Positions 37,198 through 47,651 of a stretch of 64,000 nt of DNA are shown here, piece by piece; position 1 is the first letter of the stretch, and the number at the start of each line of letters is the position of its first letter. The notes under the pieces are model-generated. The model was not told the DNA's origin, did no database searches, and saw only the letters and a program-made list of their open reading frames with translations. The position numbers and the translations under genes are program-made. Location: IMG/VR virus record IMGVR_UViG_2919380674_000001, positions 1 to 64,000 of that record. One strand, 5' to 3'. Source of the stretch: a virus (lineage: Duplodnaviria; Caudoviricetes).

Positions 37198-38502
37198 GTG
37201 AGTTTTCTGAATTGGCTGCGTGGCGACACCACCCGCGTTACTGAGGATCGCGCGATTGGCTCGGGTTATAGCTTTTTCTTCGGGGCTGCGTCGTCTGGTC
37301 GTCCGGTGACTGAGCGTAGCGCGATGCAGTTGACTGCCGTGTATTCGTGTGTGCGGATTTTGGCTGAGGCGGTCGCGGGTTTGCCGTTGCATGTTTACCG
37401 GCAGAGTGCTGATGGGGCGAAGGTGAAGGCGCTCGATCATCCGCTCTATAGGTTGTTGCATGATGAGCCGAACCTGGAGATGACGTCCTTCGTGTTCCGT
37501 GAAACGTTGATGACTCACTTGTTGTTGTGGGGTAATGCGTTTGCTCAGGTGATTCGTAATGGTCGTGATGAGGTTATCGGCTTGTATCCGCTTATGCCAA
37601 ACAGAATGACCGTGGGCAGAGATGAGCAAGGTCGTTTGTATTATGAGTATCAGCGTACATGGGATGAACCAAGTGGCAGGTTCGAAACTGTACGCCTGTC
37701 ACCGCATGAAGTGTTACATATTCCAGGGTTGGGTTTTGACGGCCTGGTCGGCTACAGCCCGATTGCGATGGCAAAAAACGCTATCGGCTTGGCTCAAGCG
37801 ACGGAGGATTATGGTGCGAGCTTTTTCGCGAATGGTGCGGCTCCCGGTGGCGTGTTGGAGCATCCAGGAACAATCAAAGACCCAGCTCGCGTCCGCGAAT
37901 CATGGCAGTCGACGTTCGGCGGAGCGAGGAACGGCAACAAGATCGCCGTGCTGGAAGAGGGCATGAAATACACGCCCATCAGCGTCTCACCTGAGCAGGC
38001 CCAGTTTTTGGAGACGAGAAAGTTTCAGATCAACGAAATTGCTCGAATCTTCCGTATTCCGCCGCACATGATTGGCGACCTCGAAAAATCCTCGTTTTCC
38101 AATATTGAGCAGCAATCGCTCGAGTTCGTGAAGTACACGCTGGATCCGTGGGTGATCCGCTTCGAACAAGCCATCAGCAAAACCCTCCTTGCTGAGCGTG
38201 AGAAACCACAGGTGTATGTGAAGTTTAATCTTGAAGGCTTGCTGCGTGGGGATTATAAGTCGCGGATGGATGGGTATGCGGTGGCGCGGCAGAACGGGTG
38301 GATGAGCGCTAACGATATCCGCGAGTTAGAAAACCTCGACCGCATCAGCATCGAGGCAGGCGGTGACCTCTATTTGGTGAACGGGAACATGCTCCCGCTC
38401 GGGCTTGCTGGAGCCTACGCGCAGACAACCGCATCTGAACCAGAGCCTGAACTGGCCCAGGAACCTTCGAGTAACGAGCTTCCCTTAAGGAGGAGGATAT
38501 GA
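37198..38502 (+). CDS. Portal protein (HK97 family)
   Basis: AVYSCVRILAE, GNAF, GYSPI, IARIFRIPP, SFSNIEQ. Confidence 0.95.
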   Translation: MSFLNWLRGDTTRVTEDRAIGSGYSFFFGAASSGRPVTERSAMQLTAVYSCVRILAEAVAGLPLHVYRQSADGAKVKALDHPLYRLLHDEPNLEMTSFVFRETLMTHLLLWGNAFAQVIRNGRDEVIGLYPLMPNRMTVGRDEQGRLYYEYQRTWDEPSGRFETVRLSPHEVLHIPGLGFDGLVGYSPIAMAKNAIGLAQATEDYGASFFANGAAPGGVLEHPGTIKDPARVRESWQSTFGGARNGNKIAVLEEGMKYTPISVSPEQAQFLETRKFQINEIARIFRIPPHMIGDLEKSSFSNIEQQSLEFVKYTLDPWVIRFEQAISKTLLAEREKPQVYVKFNLEGLLRGDYKSRMDGYAVARQNGWMSANDIRELENLDRISIEAGGDLYLVNGNMLPLGLAGAYAQTTASEPEPELAQEPSSNELPLRRRI

Positions 38503-39389
38503 GACGTTTTTGGAACTGGCTCACCCCCGAGCCAAACAATTCTGACCCGGACGCGACAAGTGTCCGGGTTTTGCGTATTAGCGGCACGATCGCTGAAGAG
38601 TCCTGGTTCGATGACGACATCACACCCAGTATCTTCGCCCAAGAACTGAACGCCGGTTCTGGTCCGGTGACGATCTGGCTCAACAGCCCCGGAGGGGACG
38701 TGGTGGCTGCGGCGCAGATCTACAACATGCTCATCGACTACCCAGGCGAGGTGACCGTCAATATTGATGGTATCGCCGCGTCTGCTGCGTCTGTGATTGC
38801 AATGGCAGCATCTACTGTGGCTATGTCGCCGGTGTCGATGTTGATGATTCATAACCCGGCGACGATGGCGGTCGGTGATAAGGATGAACTTGCACGTGCA
38901 ATGAACATGCTTGATTCGGTCAAAGAATCAATCCTGAATGCATATCAGGAAAAGACGAACCTGAGTCGGGCGAAGTTGTCGAAGCTCATGGACGCTGAGA
39001 CGTGGATGGATGCTCGTGCTGCGATCGATATGGGTTTTGCCGATGAACTTCTCACCGGCCAACGCGACCCAATGTTTGCGGTCTCGCCTGAGAAGCCCGA
39101 CGACCCGGATGACGATGAGGACGAGGGCGACTCCCCAAAGGAACCCGAAGAGTCTGACGTGGACGATGAGGACTATGAGCTGAAGCATCCACTGTTCCCG
39201 CCTAAGAACGTGGGGCAAGGCACGGTGTTTTCCCGCCGCGCCTTCGAACAAAACCTCGTCGCACACCTGACCGTCACCTCGCCGCCGTCGAAGCCGGTGC
39301 GTCCACCGCGCCCTGCTATTACTCCCGCTGTGCCTGTTGGTCGGCGGGTTTGTGATTTGTACGCCGCATTGATCAATCAACCCCACTGA
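38499..39389 (+). CDS. ClpP-like head maturation protease
   Basis: LNSPGGDV, IAASAAS, MIHNP, ETWM. Confidence 0.92.
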   Translation: MRRFWNWLTPEPNNSDPDATSVRVLRISGTIAEESWFDDDITPSIFAQELNAGSGPVTIWLNSPGGDVVAAAQIYNMLIDYPGEVTVNIDGIAASAASVIAMAASTVAMSPVSMLMIHNPATMAVGDKDELARAMNMLDSVKESILNAYQEKTNLSRAKLSKLMDAETWMDARAAIDMGFADELLTGQRDPMFAVSPEKPDDPDDDEDEGDSPKEPEESDVDDEDYELKHPLFPPKNVGQGTVFSRRAFEQNLVAHLTVTSPPSKPVRPPRPAITPAVPVGRRVCDLYAALINQPH

Positions 39390-39401
39390 AAGGAACCACT
39401 A

Positions 39402-40628
39402 ATGACTACCTCTATGACTGTTTCTGACCTTCGCACCAAGCGCTCAGATGTGTGGGAGAAGGCGAAGGCCTTCCTTGACGAGCGCCGCGACACCACCACC
39501 GGTTGCCTGTCAGCTGAAGATGATCAGGCTTACGCGAAGATGGAAGCCGAAATCGATCGACTCACCAACGAGATCGCACGCTCCGAACGAGCCCTGCGCC
39601 GCGACGCCGACCTCGCCAAGGCAACCAACACGCCGCTCACCTCAATGCCAGGCATGAACCCTGACGATGAAGCCAAGCCGACTGCACCTCGAGCAACCGC
39701 CTCGTACAAACGGGCGTTTTGGGATGCCATGCGACTGAACATCTCACCGATGGAAGTACGCAACGCCCTCTCCGAAGGCGTAGACACTGAGGGCGGCTAC
39801 TTGGTACCTGACGAGTTCGAACGCACACTGATCTCCTCACTGGAAGATCAAAACATCATGCGCTCCTTGGCGAAGGTCATTCAAACCACCTCAGGTGATC
39901 GCAAGATCCCGGTCGTCTCTACCCACGGCACCGCAGGCTGGCTCGATGAAGGCAAGCCGTATACGGAATCTGATGAAGCCTTCACGCAGGTGACGCTGAG
40001 CGCGTTTAAGCTCGGCACCTTCCTCAAAATCAGCGAGGAGCTGCTCAACGACGCCGCGTTCGACGTCGAGCAGTACCTGGCGGCGGAGTTTGCTCGCCGT
40101 ATCGGCGCTGCCGAAGAAGAAGCTTTCCTCACCGGGGACGGGAAAGGTAAGCCCACCGGCATCTTCGCAGCCACTGGTGGTGGTGAGAAGGCTGTGACCA
40201 CGGGTAAGGCAACCGATATTACGGCTGATGAACTCATCGACCTGCACTATAGCCTGCGCGGCCCGTATCGCAAGAACGCAGTGTGGCTGATGAACGACTC
40301 CACCGTGAAAACCATCCGCAAGCTCAAGGACGGCAACGGTCAATATCTGTGGCAGCCAGCCCTGACCGCAGGAACCCCAGACCTTGTCCTTGGCCGCCCG
40401 GTCCACACGAGCACCTTCGTGCCTGAAATCAAGGCTGGTGCCTCGACGGTGGCTTTCGGTGACTTGTCGTATTACTGGATTGCCGACCGACAGGGCCGCT
40501 CGTTCAAGCGGCTAAACGAATTGTTCGCAACCACCGGGCAGGTCGGCTTCCTAGCCTCGCAACGTCTGGACGGGAAGCTCGTCCTGCCTGAAGCAGTGAA
40601 GCTATTGACCCAAAAGGCAGGAGCATAA
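39402..40628 (+). CDS. Major capsid protein (HK97 fold)
   Basis: EGGYLVP, ISEELLND, LKDGNGQYLWQP. Confidence 0.95.
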   Translation: MTTSMTVSDLRTKRSDVWEKAKAFLDERRDTTTGCLSAEDDQAYAKMEAEIDRLTNEIARSERALRRDADLAKATNTPLTSMPGMNPDDEAKPTAPRATASYKRAFWDAMRLNISPMEVRNALSEGVDTEGGYLVPDEFERTLISSLEDQNIMRSLAKVIQTTSGDRKIPVVSTHGTAGWLDEGKPYTESDEAFTQVTLSAFKLGTFLKISEELLNDAAFDVEQYLAAEFARRIGAAEEEAFLTGDGKGKPTGIFAATGGGEKAVTTGKATDITADELIDLHYSLRGPYRKNAVWLMNDSTVKTIRKLKDGNGQYLWQPALTAGTPDLVLGRPVHTSTFVPEIKAGASTVAFGDLSYYWIADRQGRSFKRLNELFATTGQVGFLASQRLDGKLVLPEAVKLLTQKAGA

Positions 40629-40651
40629 CCGACCCCGCACATGGAGAGGAG

Positions 40652-40978
40652 GTGGCCGCAATGACCACGGTTGATTTGGTTGCGCAGGTGAAGGCGAACC
40701 TGCTCATCACCTTCGATGATGACGATCAATTGATCGGCGCGCTGATCAACTCGGCCACCTCCTACGCCTGCTCCTACCAACACCTTGATGAGGGCTACTA
40801 CGAGACCCACGACATGTCTGGGGCAACCAGGCAGGGCATTGTCATGCTCGCCTCCCATTTTTATGAGTCTCGTGATGGTTCCACGGCAGGGTTTTGGGCA
40901 GATAAGCCGGATGCGGCGCGGGCGGTGTGGAACGCCGTTAACAACCTGCTACGCCTGGACCGTGAATGGAAAGTCTAA
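40652..40978 (+). CDS. Head-tail connector (gp6-like)
   Basis: VKANL...DDDQLI...HFYESR. Confidence 0.85.
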   Translation: MAAMTTVDLVAQVKANLLITFDDDDQLIGALINSATSYACSYQHLDEGYYETHDMSGATRQGIVMLASHFYESRDGSTAGFWADKPDAARAVWNAVNNLLRLDREWKV

Positions 40979-40992
40979 GAAAAGGAACATTC

Positions 40993-41331
40993 ATGGCTTC
41001 TCTTGGATCCATGACCACCACCATCGACCTTATACAGCCAAGGGTTATCCGCGATAAGGCGGGGTTCACCACCACGCGCGATGAAGTGAAGGCGACGGTG
41101 CGGGCGCAGATCGAGGTGCGGCACGCATCGAGCGCGTGGGTGAACCGGGCAGCGTACTCAAAGGCCGACGTCCTCTTCCGCATCAGATCTTTTCCCGGAC
41201 TGTCCGTGACCACTGATATGGAGATCAGTGGCCCGGATGGGCGGTATGTGATCGACGCCGTCGAGGTCATCGGTAGATACGTGGAGATTCTTGCCCACCA
41301 GACCACGCCCGAAGGAGACGCCCATGGCTAG
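40993..41331 (+). CDS. Head closure / head-tail adaptor
   Basis: Synteny; DKAGFTT...FRIR. Confidence 0.75.
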   Translation: MASLGSMTTTIDLIQPRVIRDKAGFTTTRDEVKATVRAQIEVRHASSAWVNRAAYSKADVLFRIRSFPGLSVTTDMEISGPDGRYVIDAVEVIGRYVEILAHQTTPEGDAHG

Positions 41332-41761
41332 AGTTCAGATTCGCTTGCCGAACGCGTTCATTGATTCCCTCAACGCCGCCAGCCGTGTACTGGAGTATTC
41401 AGCTGATGAGGTACTCAAGGCGGGAGCCGCCGTAGTCGAGCCGCGTATGCGAGCAAACCTCACGAGCGTAATCGGCCGGAACACCAAACAGACATCACGC
41501 TCGACAGGGCAACTACTCGCAGCACTGGGCACAACGAGCGTGAAGGTGAACAGTCGAGGTGATCACAACATTAAGGTCGGCTTCGCTGAAAACCGGCGTG
41601 ACAGCAAAGCGAATGCGTTGATCGCCAACGTCCTCGAACACGGCCGCAGCAATCAGCCTGCACGCCCGTTCCTTGCACCCACACGGTCGCAAACACGGCG
41701 TGGTGCAATCGAGGCCATGAAAACGACGCTCACGGCGCGGATCGAGCAGGTGAGACAATGA
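41324..41761 (+). CDS. HK97 gp10-like neck protein
   Basis: STGQL...LEHGRSNQPARPFLAP. Confidence 0.85.
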   Translation: MARVQIRLPNAFIDSLNAASRVLEYSADEVLKAGAAVVEPRMRANLTSVIGRNTKQTSRSTGQLLAALGTTSVKVNSRGDHNIKVGFAENRRDSKANALIANVLEHGRSNQPARPFLAPTRSQTRRGAIEAMKTTLTARIEQVRQ

Positions 41762-42102
41762 CCGCATTACTAGAACAGCTCACGAATATTGCTGACAAGC
41801 TCGACCTACCATTCGAAATCGGCTTGTTTACTACAACACCAGCGCCAGATACGTATCTGGTAACAACACCACTGGCTGACGTGTTGGACGTGTTCGCCGA
41901 CAACCAGCCCAGCGTTGAGGTTGAGGAAGTCCGCCTCGCACTCTTCACTCGCGGAAACTATCTCGACCTGCGTAGCCGCATTACCCGCGCCCTGCTCGAC
42001 ACTGGACTGACGATCATTGCCCGTACCTATGTCGGCTTCGAAGCGGATACCGGATTTCACCATTACGCGATAGATGTCGCAACCCACCACACCTACACAT
42101 GA
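41758..42102 (+). CDS. Tail completion/terminator protein
   Basis: Synteny; FEADTGFHH. Confidence 0.7.
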   Translation: MTALLEQLTNIADKLDLPFEIGLFTTTPAPDTYLVTTPLADVLDVFADNQPSVEVEEVRLALFTRGNYLDLRSRITRALLDTGLTIIARTYVGFEADTGFHHYAIDVATHHTYT

Positions 42103-42115
42103 AGGAGCATTACTC

Positions 42116-42712
42116 ATGGCGACTATTGGTTTAGACAAGCTCTACTACGCCACCATCACTGAAAACCCCGACACGGGCGAGGAGACCTACGCCAAACCCA
42201 AACCCCTCGCCAAAGCCATCTCCGCAGAACTCAGTGTTGAGGTCGCTGAAGCGATTCTGTATGCCGATGACGGGCCGAGTGAGATCGTCAAGGAATTCAA
42301 ATCCGGCACCCTGACTTTGGGTATTGACGATCTGGGTGGTGAAGCAGCCGCAGCCTTGACGGGTGCGACCGTGGATTCCAACGGGGTGCTCATCTCCGCT
42401 TCCGAGGACGGCGGGGCTCCGGTGGCGATCGGTTTCCGAGCCGCACGCTCTACGGGGAAGTATCAGTATTTCTGGCTGTACCGGGTCAAGTTCGCCCTGC
42501 CCACCGAAACCCTGGCAACTAAAGCCGACTCGATTACGTTCTCGACACCCTCGATTGAGGGCACGATTTTGCGGCGTAACAAACCCGATAGTAAGGGGCG
42601 TCATCCGTGGAAGGCAGAAGTGCTAGAGGGCGCAACCGGCGTCAAGCCCGAGACGATCACGAACTGGTATGCCCAGGTTTATGAACCCGCCAGCACCACA
42701 TCTGAAGCCTAA
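42116..42712 (+). CDS. Major tail protein (phi13-like)
   Basis: MATIGLDKLYYA...LYADDG...YFWLYRVKF. Confidence 0.92.
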   Translation: MATIGLDKLYYATITENPDTGEETYAKPKPLAKAISAELSVEVAEAILYADDGPSEIVKEFKSGTLTLGIDDLGGEAAAALTGATVDSNGVLISASEDGGAPVAIGFRAARSTGKYQYFWLYRVKFALPTETLATKADSITFSTPSIEGTILRRNKPDSKGRHPWKAEVLEGATGVKPETITNWYAQVYEPASTTSEA

Positions 42713-42724
42713 GGAGCATGAGCC

Positions 42725-43141
42725 ATGACAACCAAGAAGAAGACTGAATCAGTTGTTGACCCAGGGCGCTCCGCCACTGTCAGCATCGGCGGTACCGACT
42801 GCGAGCTTGTCTTGACGACGAAAGCCACGCGGCTGATCGCTGAGCGTTACGGCGGGCTCGAACATCTGGGTAACGCCCTGGAAATCTCCGACGATCTGGG
42901 CAAGACGCTCGGTGAGGTGATTTGGTTGATCACGCTGCTGGTCAACCAGTCCATCCAGATACACAACCTGCGCCACCCAGACGACAAGCGCCCAGAGTTG
43001 ACCGAGGACGAGGTTGAACTACTCACTGTGCCTGCTGATCTGGCGGATTATCGTGGCGCGATCGCCGAAGCCCTCCAGCGCGGAACACGACGAGACATCC
43101 TTACCGAGCCAGCCCCAAAAGCACCAGCAGCGGACGCATAG
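42725..43141 (+). CDS. Tail assembly chaperone (G)
   Basis: Between MTP and TMP; ends with the C CCA AAA slippery site. Confidence 0.8.
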   Translation: MTTKKKTESVVDPGRSATVSIGGTDCELVLTTKATRLIAERYGGLEHLGNALEISDDLGKTLGEVIWLITLLVNQSIQIHNLRHPDDKRPELTEDEVELLTVPADLADYRGAIAEALQRGTRRDILTEPAPKAPAADA

Positions 43142-43335
43142 TCGAAACCGACAATGCCGTGTTCACGCGGCTGACATATATCGGCATGGCTCACCTTCAC
43201 CTATCGCGGGTGGAGGTGGGCTTAACCGTGTTTGGGGAACTCTTGGATCTGGTCGACTGCTGGCGACTCGAAACCGGCAGAGCCCAACCGCTACGTCAAT
43301 GGTTCATCGACGACGTGATTCCTGCCGGGATCTAG
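43114..43335 (+). CDS. Tail chaperone -1 frameshift extension (T; absent from the ORF track)
   Basis: Slippery C-CCA-AAA at 43114-43120; the -1 frame is open to ...FTRLTYIG...IDDVIPAGI* at 43335. Confidence 0.75.
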   Translation, partial: PKSTSSGRIVETDNAVFTRLTYIGMAHLHLSRVEVGLTVFGELLDLVDCWRLETGRAQPLRQWFIDDVIPAGI

Positions 43336-43949
43336 ATACTATTCCAGTGGGCTTTTAGTTCGTGAGCGAATTGTGTGGGCATTGATTGATGCCATTGATG
43401 ACCCGCGTCTGGCACAACGATGAGGCGGGCTGGTGGGATCTGTTGGCTGATGGTGCGGGCGGCAGGAAGATTCGCGCGGTCTTTCACACCGCACGCAATC
43501 GTTGTTGGAACCGTGATATTTCCAAGCTCTGGCTCGAAATCAATGGCTGATATTTGACGCAGGATTTCCAGCAACTGTTGCTTGGAAATCTATGGTGGGC
43601 ACACGAGACGCTCAGGCAAGACTCGCATGAGAACGCTTTGAATGCGCATCAATGCTTTAGGCGGGCGTGCTTGAGGAGCTGAAAGAAACAGGGAGCGAAC
43701 CATGTGCGGGTGCCGAATTGCCAGATCAAGACCCATAACCGCGCCAAGAGATAGCCCAACCACGTCGACTGGATCATTCAGTGACGCGGCGAGTTCGTCC
43801 GTGCGCTCATGTAACGACCATGGCGTTCCTGATGGCTGATCGACAACAGTGGGCGTGAGCGCGTCAATGCTCTCGAACTCGTTGATGACGCCATTCCAGG
43901 CTTGCGGGGTCTCGCCGAGTCCGTGGAGGAAAAGTACCGGAGTGCTCAT
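43332..43949 (-). pseudogene. Alpha/beta hydrolase interrupted by one in-frame TAG
   Basis: FLHGLG, GLSLG nucleophile elbow, GVKD, AGH; TAG at 43590-43592 is in frame with both halves. Confidence 0.82.
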
Positions 43950-44146
43950 CGCTGCAAACCACGAGTGGCAAGATGCCACGCTACAAGCCCGATCGCACAT
44001 ATTGCGAAACCTGCTGCATTAGCGACGCCCGTGACGGGATGCACGACACCGCTCATCCACAAAACAGCGAAAACGACCGTACCGATGACGAGTAAAGCAA
44101 ACAACGGCCATACCCACCGGCGATTAGTTACAAAATTGGCCCACAC
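43946..44146 (-). CDS. Small two-TM membrane protein
   Basis: GAGGAGG RBS; overlaps the hydrolase start. Confidence 0.6.
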   Translation of the reverse strand: MWANFVTNRRWVWPLFALLVIGTVVFAVLWMSGVVHPVTGVANAAGFAICAIGLVAWHLATRGLQR

Positions 44147-44205
44147 GATTCCTCCTCATCCTCTAGCCAATTTTAAACCCCAGCAACACGAAGGAATACA
44201 GACCT

Positions 44206-46884
44206 ATGGCTGACTCCAGTTTTGGTTTGAAGATCGGGCTTGAGGGTGAGCGTGAGTTCAAGCGCGCGATCACGGATATTAACCGTGAGATGCGAGTGCT
44301 CGGCTCGGAGATGAAGCTCGTAGCCTCCTCGTTCGATAAGAACGACCAGTCCGCCGAAGCCCTCACCGCCCGTAACCAAGTGCTGGGCAAAGAAATCGAA
44401 GCTCAAAAAGCCAAGATCGAGACCCTACGCGCCGCACTCGAAAACTCCGCCACGAGCTTTGGTGAGAACGATAGCCGGACGAAGAACTGGCAAATCCAGC
44501 TCAACAACGCAGGCGCTGAACTCAACCGGCTCGAAAGTGAACTCAAATCGAATAATGACGCCCTGTCGGATTTCGGGGACGAAGCAGACGGTGCCGGTGA
44601 CGATGCTAAAGACGCCGCCAAGGACGCGGGCAAACTCGAGGGCGCAGTCGATGATCTCGGCGACGAGATGGACACCACCAGCTCCAAGACCCGCATTTTC
44701 GGCGACGTGTTGAAAGCGAACCTCGCCTCCGAAGCCATCATCGCCGGAGTCAAAGGTATCGGGCATGCGATCGCCTCGATCGGTCGCGGCATGGCCGAAG
44801 CCTTGAAAGAGGGCGTGGAATACAACGCCCGCATGGAGCAATACTCCACGTCCTTCACCACGATGCTCGGCGACCAAGCCAAAGCCCAACAGCTCGTCAA
44901 CGATCTGAAAGTCCAGGCGGCGAAGACTCCGTTTGGTATGGAGGACCTCGCGGGCAACATGCAAACCCTCCTGAGCTTCGGCATGAGCCTGGAGGATGCG
45001 AAAAAGCACCTCAACGAAATCGGCGACATCTCCCAAGGAGATGCGGTGAAGATGGAATCGCTGACCCTTGCCTTCGCCCAAATGTCCTCGACCGGCAAAC
45101 TCACGGGTCAGGACTTGCTGCAGATGATCAACGCCGGATTCAACCCCCTCGAAGAGATCAGCCGCAAGACCGGCAAGAGTATTGGTGAGCTCAAGGAGGA
45201 AATGGCCAACGGCGCAATCAACGCTGACATGGTTGCGGACGCGTTTGCTTCTGCCACGGCTGAGGGCGGCCGCTTCTACGGGGCTATGGACGCCCAATCC
45301 CAAACCTTCAGCGGGCAGCTCGCAACAATGCAGGACGGGATCGAAAACCTCAAAGGCCTCCTCGCAGGCGGAGTCTCTGAGGCGTTGGCTGGGTCGGTGA
45401 TGCCGATGGTCAACGGCTGGATCGACGAACTCACCGCGGCGTTCGAAGAAGGCGGAACACCCGCCCTCATCGACACCCTCGGCACCGTCTTACAGGAAGC
45501 CCTAGCGTTTATTGCTGAGCAGTTGCCGATGGTGGTCGAGACCGGCATGTCCATCCTCACCGCCCTGTTAGAAGGCATCATCGAGGTGCTCCCGCAGGTG
45601 GCCGAGACGGCGGTGACGCTGATCATCGCTTTAGTAGAAGCAATCATCGAAACGTTGCCGTCTTTGTTGGAGGCGGCGATTCAGATCATCGCCACCCTCG
45701 TCTCTGGCATCAGCGAAGCACTACCGGAACTGGTTCCGGCTGCGGTGGAGATGCTCATGGCTTTAGTGCAGGGCCTGGTCGATAACCTCCCGTTGCTTCT
45801 TGATGCGGCGTTGCAGCTCATCACCGGCCTGGCAGAGGGACTCATCGCAGCGATCCCCGTCATCATCGAAGCCCTCCCACAGATCATCACCGGCATAGTG
45901 ACCTTCCTCGTCGGGGCGATTCCACAAATCATCGAAGCAGGAATCCAACTACTCACCGCCTTGATCGGGGCGCTGCCTCAGATCATCACAGCAATCGTCG
46001 CAGCACTCCCACAGATTATTACTGCGATCGTGGGCGGCGTGGTCGGCGCAATCCCACAACTGATCCAAGCAGGCATTCAGTTGTTGACGGCGTTGATTGG
46101 GGCGCTACCGCAGATCATCACGACGATCGTGGCCGCGCTCCCGCAGATTATCGGAGCTATTGTGTCGGCGATTGGTGGGGCTATCCCGCAACTCGTCCAA
46201 GCAGGCATCCAACTCTTGACCGCGTTGGTACGAAACCTGCCGCAGATCATTTCCACAATCGTCGCAGCAATCCCATCGATTATTTCTGGGATTGTGTCTG
46301 CTGTTGGGCAGGGCGTGTGGCAGATGGTGGAGGCGGGTAAGAACCTCGTCTACGGCCTGTGGAATGGCATCCAAGGCTTGGCGGGCTGGTTGTGGAATCG
46401 GGTCTCGAACTGGGCAAGCGGGATATGGGACTCGATCACCGGCTTCTTCGGCATCCATTCACCGTCACGCAAGATGGCGTGGGCAGGACAGATGCTCGTT
46501 GAAGGCCTCGCAGGATCCATCCGCACGGACGGCAACAAAGCCGTCACCGCCGCTACTGGTTTAGCTAGGGACACGATAGACGCCTTCGCCGACCTTGAAG
46601 ACGGGCTGAGCGTCCCGATCGAGACGATGGCAGACCTGCAGGTACCTGCCGTTGACCTCACCCCACAACCCATAGCTATCAGTCGCGATACGAGTGGCGG
46701 TGCTGATAGTGATCGTGTGGATGTCGCTGGGATCGTGGACGCGACTGCGAAGCGGATCCTCGGCTCGCTCGACATTAGCGTGACGTTGTCGGATGGGACG
46801 CTGGTGGGCAAGCTCGCACCCGCTCTCGACAAGCAACTCGCGCGCCTTGATCGGCGGCAGACTGTGATGGCAGGAGGCTACTGA
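44206..46884 (+). CDS. Tape measure protein
   Basis: FGLKIGLEGEREF, AAKTPF tape-measure domain, LPQII repeats. Confidence 0.93.
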   Translation: MADSSFGLKIGLEGEREFKRAITDINREMRVLGSEMKLVASSFDKNDQSAEALTARNQVLGKEIEAQKAKIETLRAALENSATSFGENDSRTKNWQIQLNNAGAELNRLESELKSNNDALSDFGDEADGAGDDAKDAAKDAGKLEGAVDDLGDEMDTTSSKTRIFGDVLKANLASEAIIAGVKGIGHAIASIGRGMAEALKEGVEYNARMEQYSTSFTTMLGDQAKAQQLVNDLKVQAAKTPFGMEDLAGNMQTLLSFGMSLEDAKKHLNEIGDISQGDAVKMESLTLAFAQMSSTGKLTGQDLLQMINAGFNPLEEISRKTGKSIGELKEEMANGAINADMVADAFASATAEGGRFYGAMDAQSQTFSGQLATMQDGIENLKGLLAGGVSEALAGSVMPMVNGWIDELTAAFEEGGTPALIDTLGTVLQEALAFIAEQLPMVVETGMSILTALLEGIIEVLPQVAETAVTLIIALVEAIIETLPSLLEAAIQIIATLVSGISEALPELVPAAVEMLMALVQGLVDNLPLLLDAALQLITGLAEGLIAAIPVIIEALPQIITGIVTFLVGAIPQIIEAGIQLLTALIGALPQIITAIVAALPQIITAIVGGVVGAIPQLIQAGIQLLTALIGALPQIITTIVAALPQIIGAIVSAIGGAIPQLVQAGIQLLTALVRNLPQIISTIVAAIPSIISGIVSAVGQGVWQMVEAGKNLVYGLWNGIQGLAGWLWNRVSNWASGIWDSITGFFGIHSPSRKMAWAGQMLVEGLAGSIRTDGNKAVTAATGLARDTIDAFADLEDGLSVPIETMADLQVPAVDLTPQPIAISRDTSGGADSDRVDVAGIVDATAKRILGSLDISVTLSDGTLVGKLAPALDKQLARLDRRQTVMAGGY

Positions 46885-46886
46885 TC

Positions 46887-47579
46887 ATGTTTGGCTTCAC
46901 CCTGAACAACACGGTGACTTCGGCGTCGCTTGGTCTGCGACTCACGGCACCGGTGGCGATTCCAGCAGCCGTCCGCGCGGTGGATGATATTGAGGTCGAA
47001 GGAAGAGCAGGTACCCTCACGCGCTTCACGGGCTGGGAGGATACCGAGATCGAGCTTGAGCTCGCCGTGTCTATCCGTGACGGGCTACACCAGTATAGAC
47101 AGGCTTCTCACGAGCTGACGGGCGCGTCCATGATCGCGTTCACTGGTGAGTCGGGTGTGTATCGGAAGGTTAAGCACTGCGAAGTTGGCGAGCTGCGCCG
47201 GGAGCTGTCGGGGTGGGGTTTCTTCACCGTGCGCCTGACCTGCCAACCCTTCACTTACCTGACTGAGGGCTTGAAGTCGGTAACGATGTCGGAGTCGGGG
47301 ACGATCACCAACCCCGGCCTACTCGATGCCGATCCGATCATCACCGTTACTGGCACCGGGGCGCTCTCGCTGACGATCAATGCGCGCGTCTATCACGTGA
47401 ATTCGCCAGCAGGTTCCGTCACGCTCGACAGCGCGCGTCTCGTCGCACACGTATCTGGTCGCGTGCAGACCGATGCGCTCACCGACGCCTTCCCAACCTT
47501 TAAGCCTGGTTTGAATCGGATCACTCTCGGCACCGGCATCAGCAAGATCGTGATCACGCCGAACTGGCGCAACCCCTAA
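46887..47579 (+). CDS. Distal tail protein (Dit)
   Basis: Synteny; EVEGRAG, TCQPF, ITNPG. Confidence 0.82.
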   Translation: MFGFTLNNTVTSASLGLRLTAPVAIPAAVRAVDDIEVEGRAGTLTRFTGWEDTEIELELAVSIRDGLHQYRQASHELTGASMIAFTGESGVYRKVKHCEVGELRRELSGWGFFTVRLTCQPFTYLTEGLKSVTMSESGTITNPGLLDADPIITVTGTGALSLTINARVYHVNSPAGSVTLDSARLVAHVSGRVQTDALTDAFPTFKPGLNRITLGTGISKIVITPNWRNP

Positions 47580-47651
47580 CACCCAACTCACGCAAGTTCC
47601 GATGGTCATCCCTTCGTGGGGTGGCCGCTATTTTTGTTTGGAAGGCTCCTC

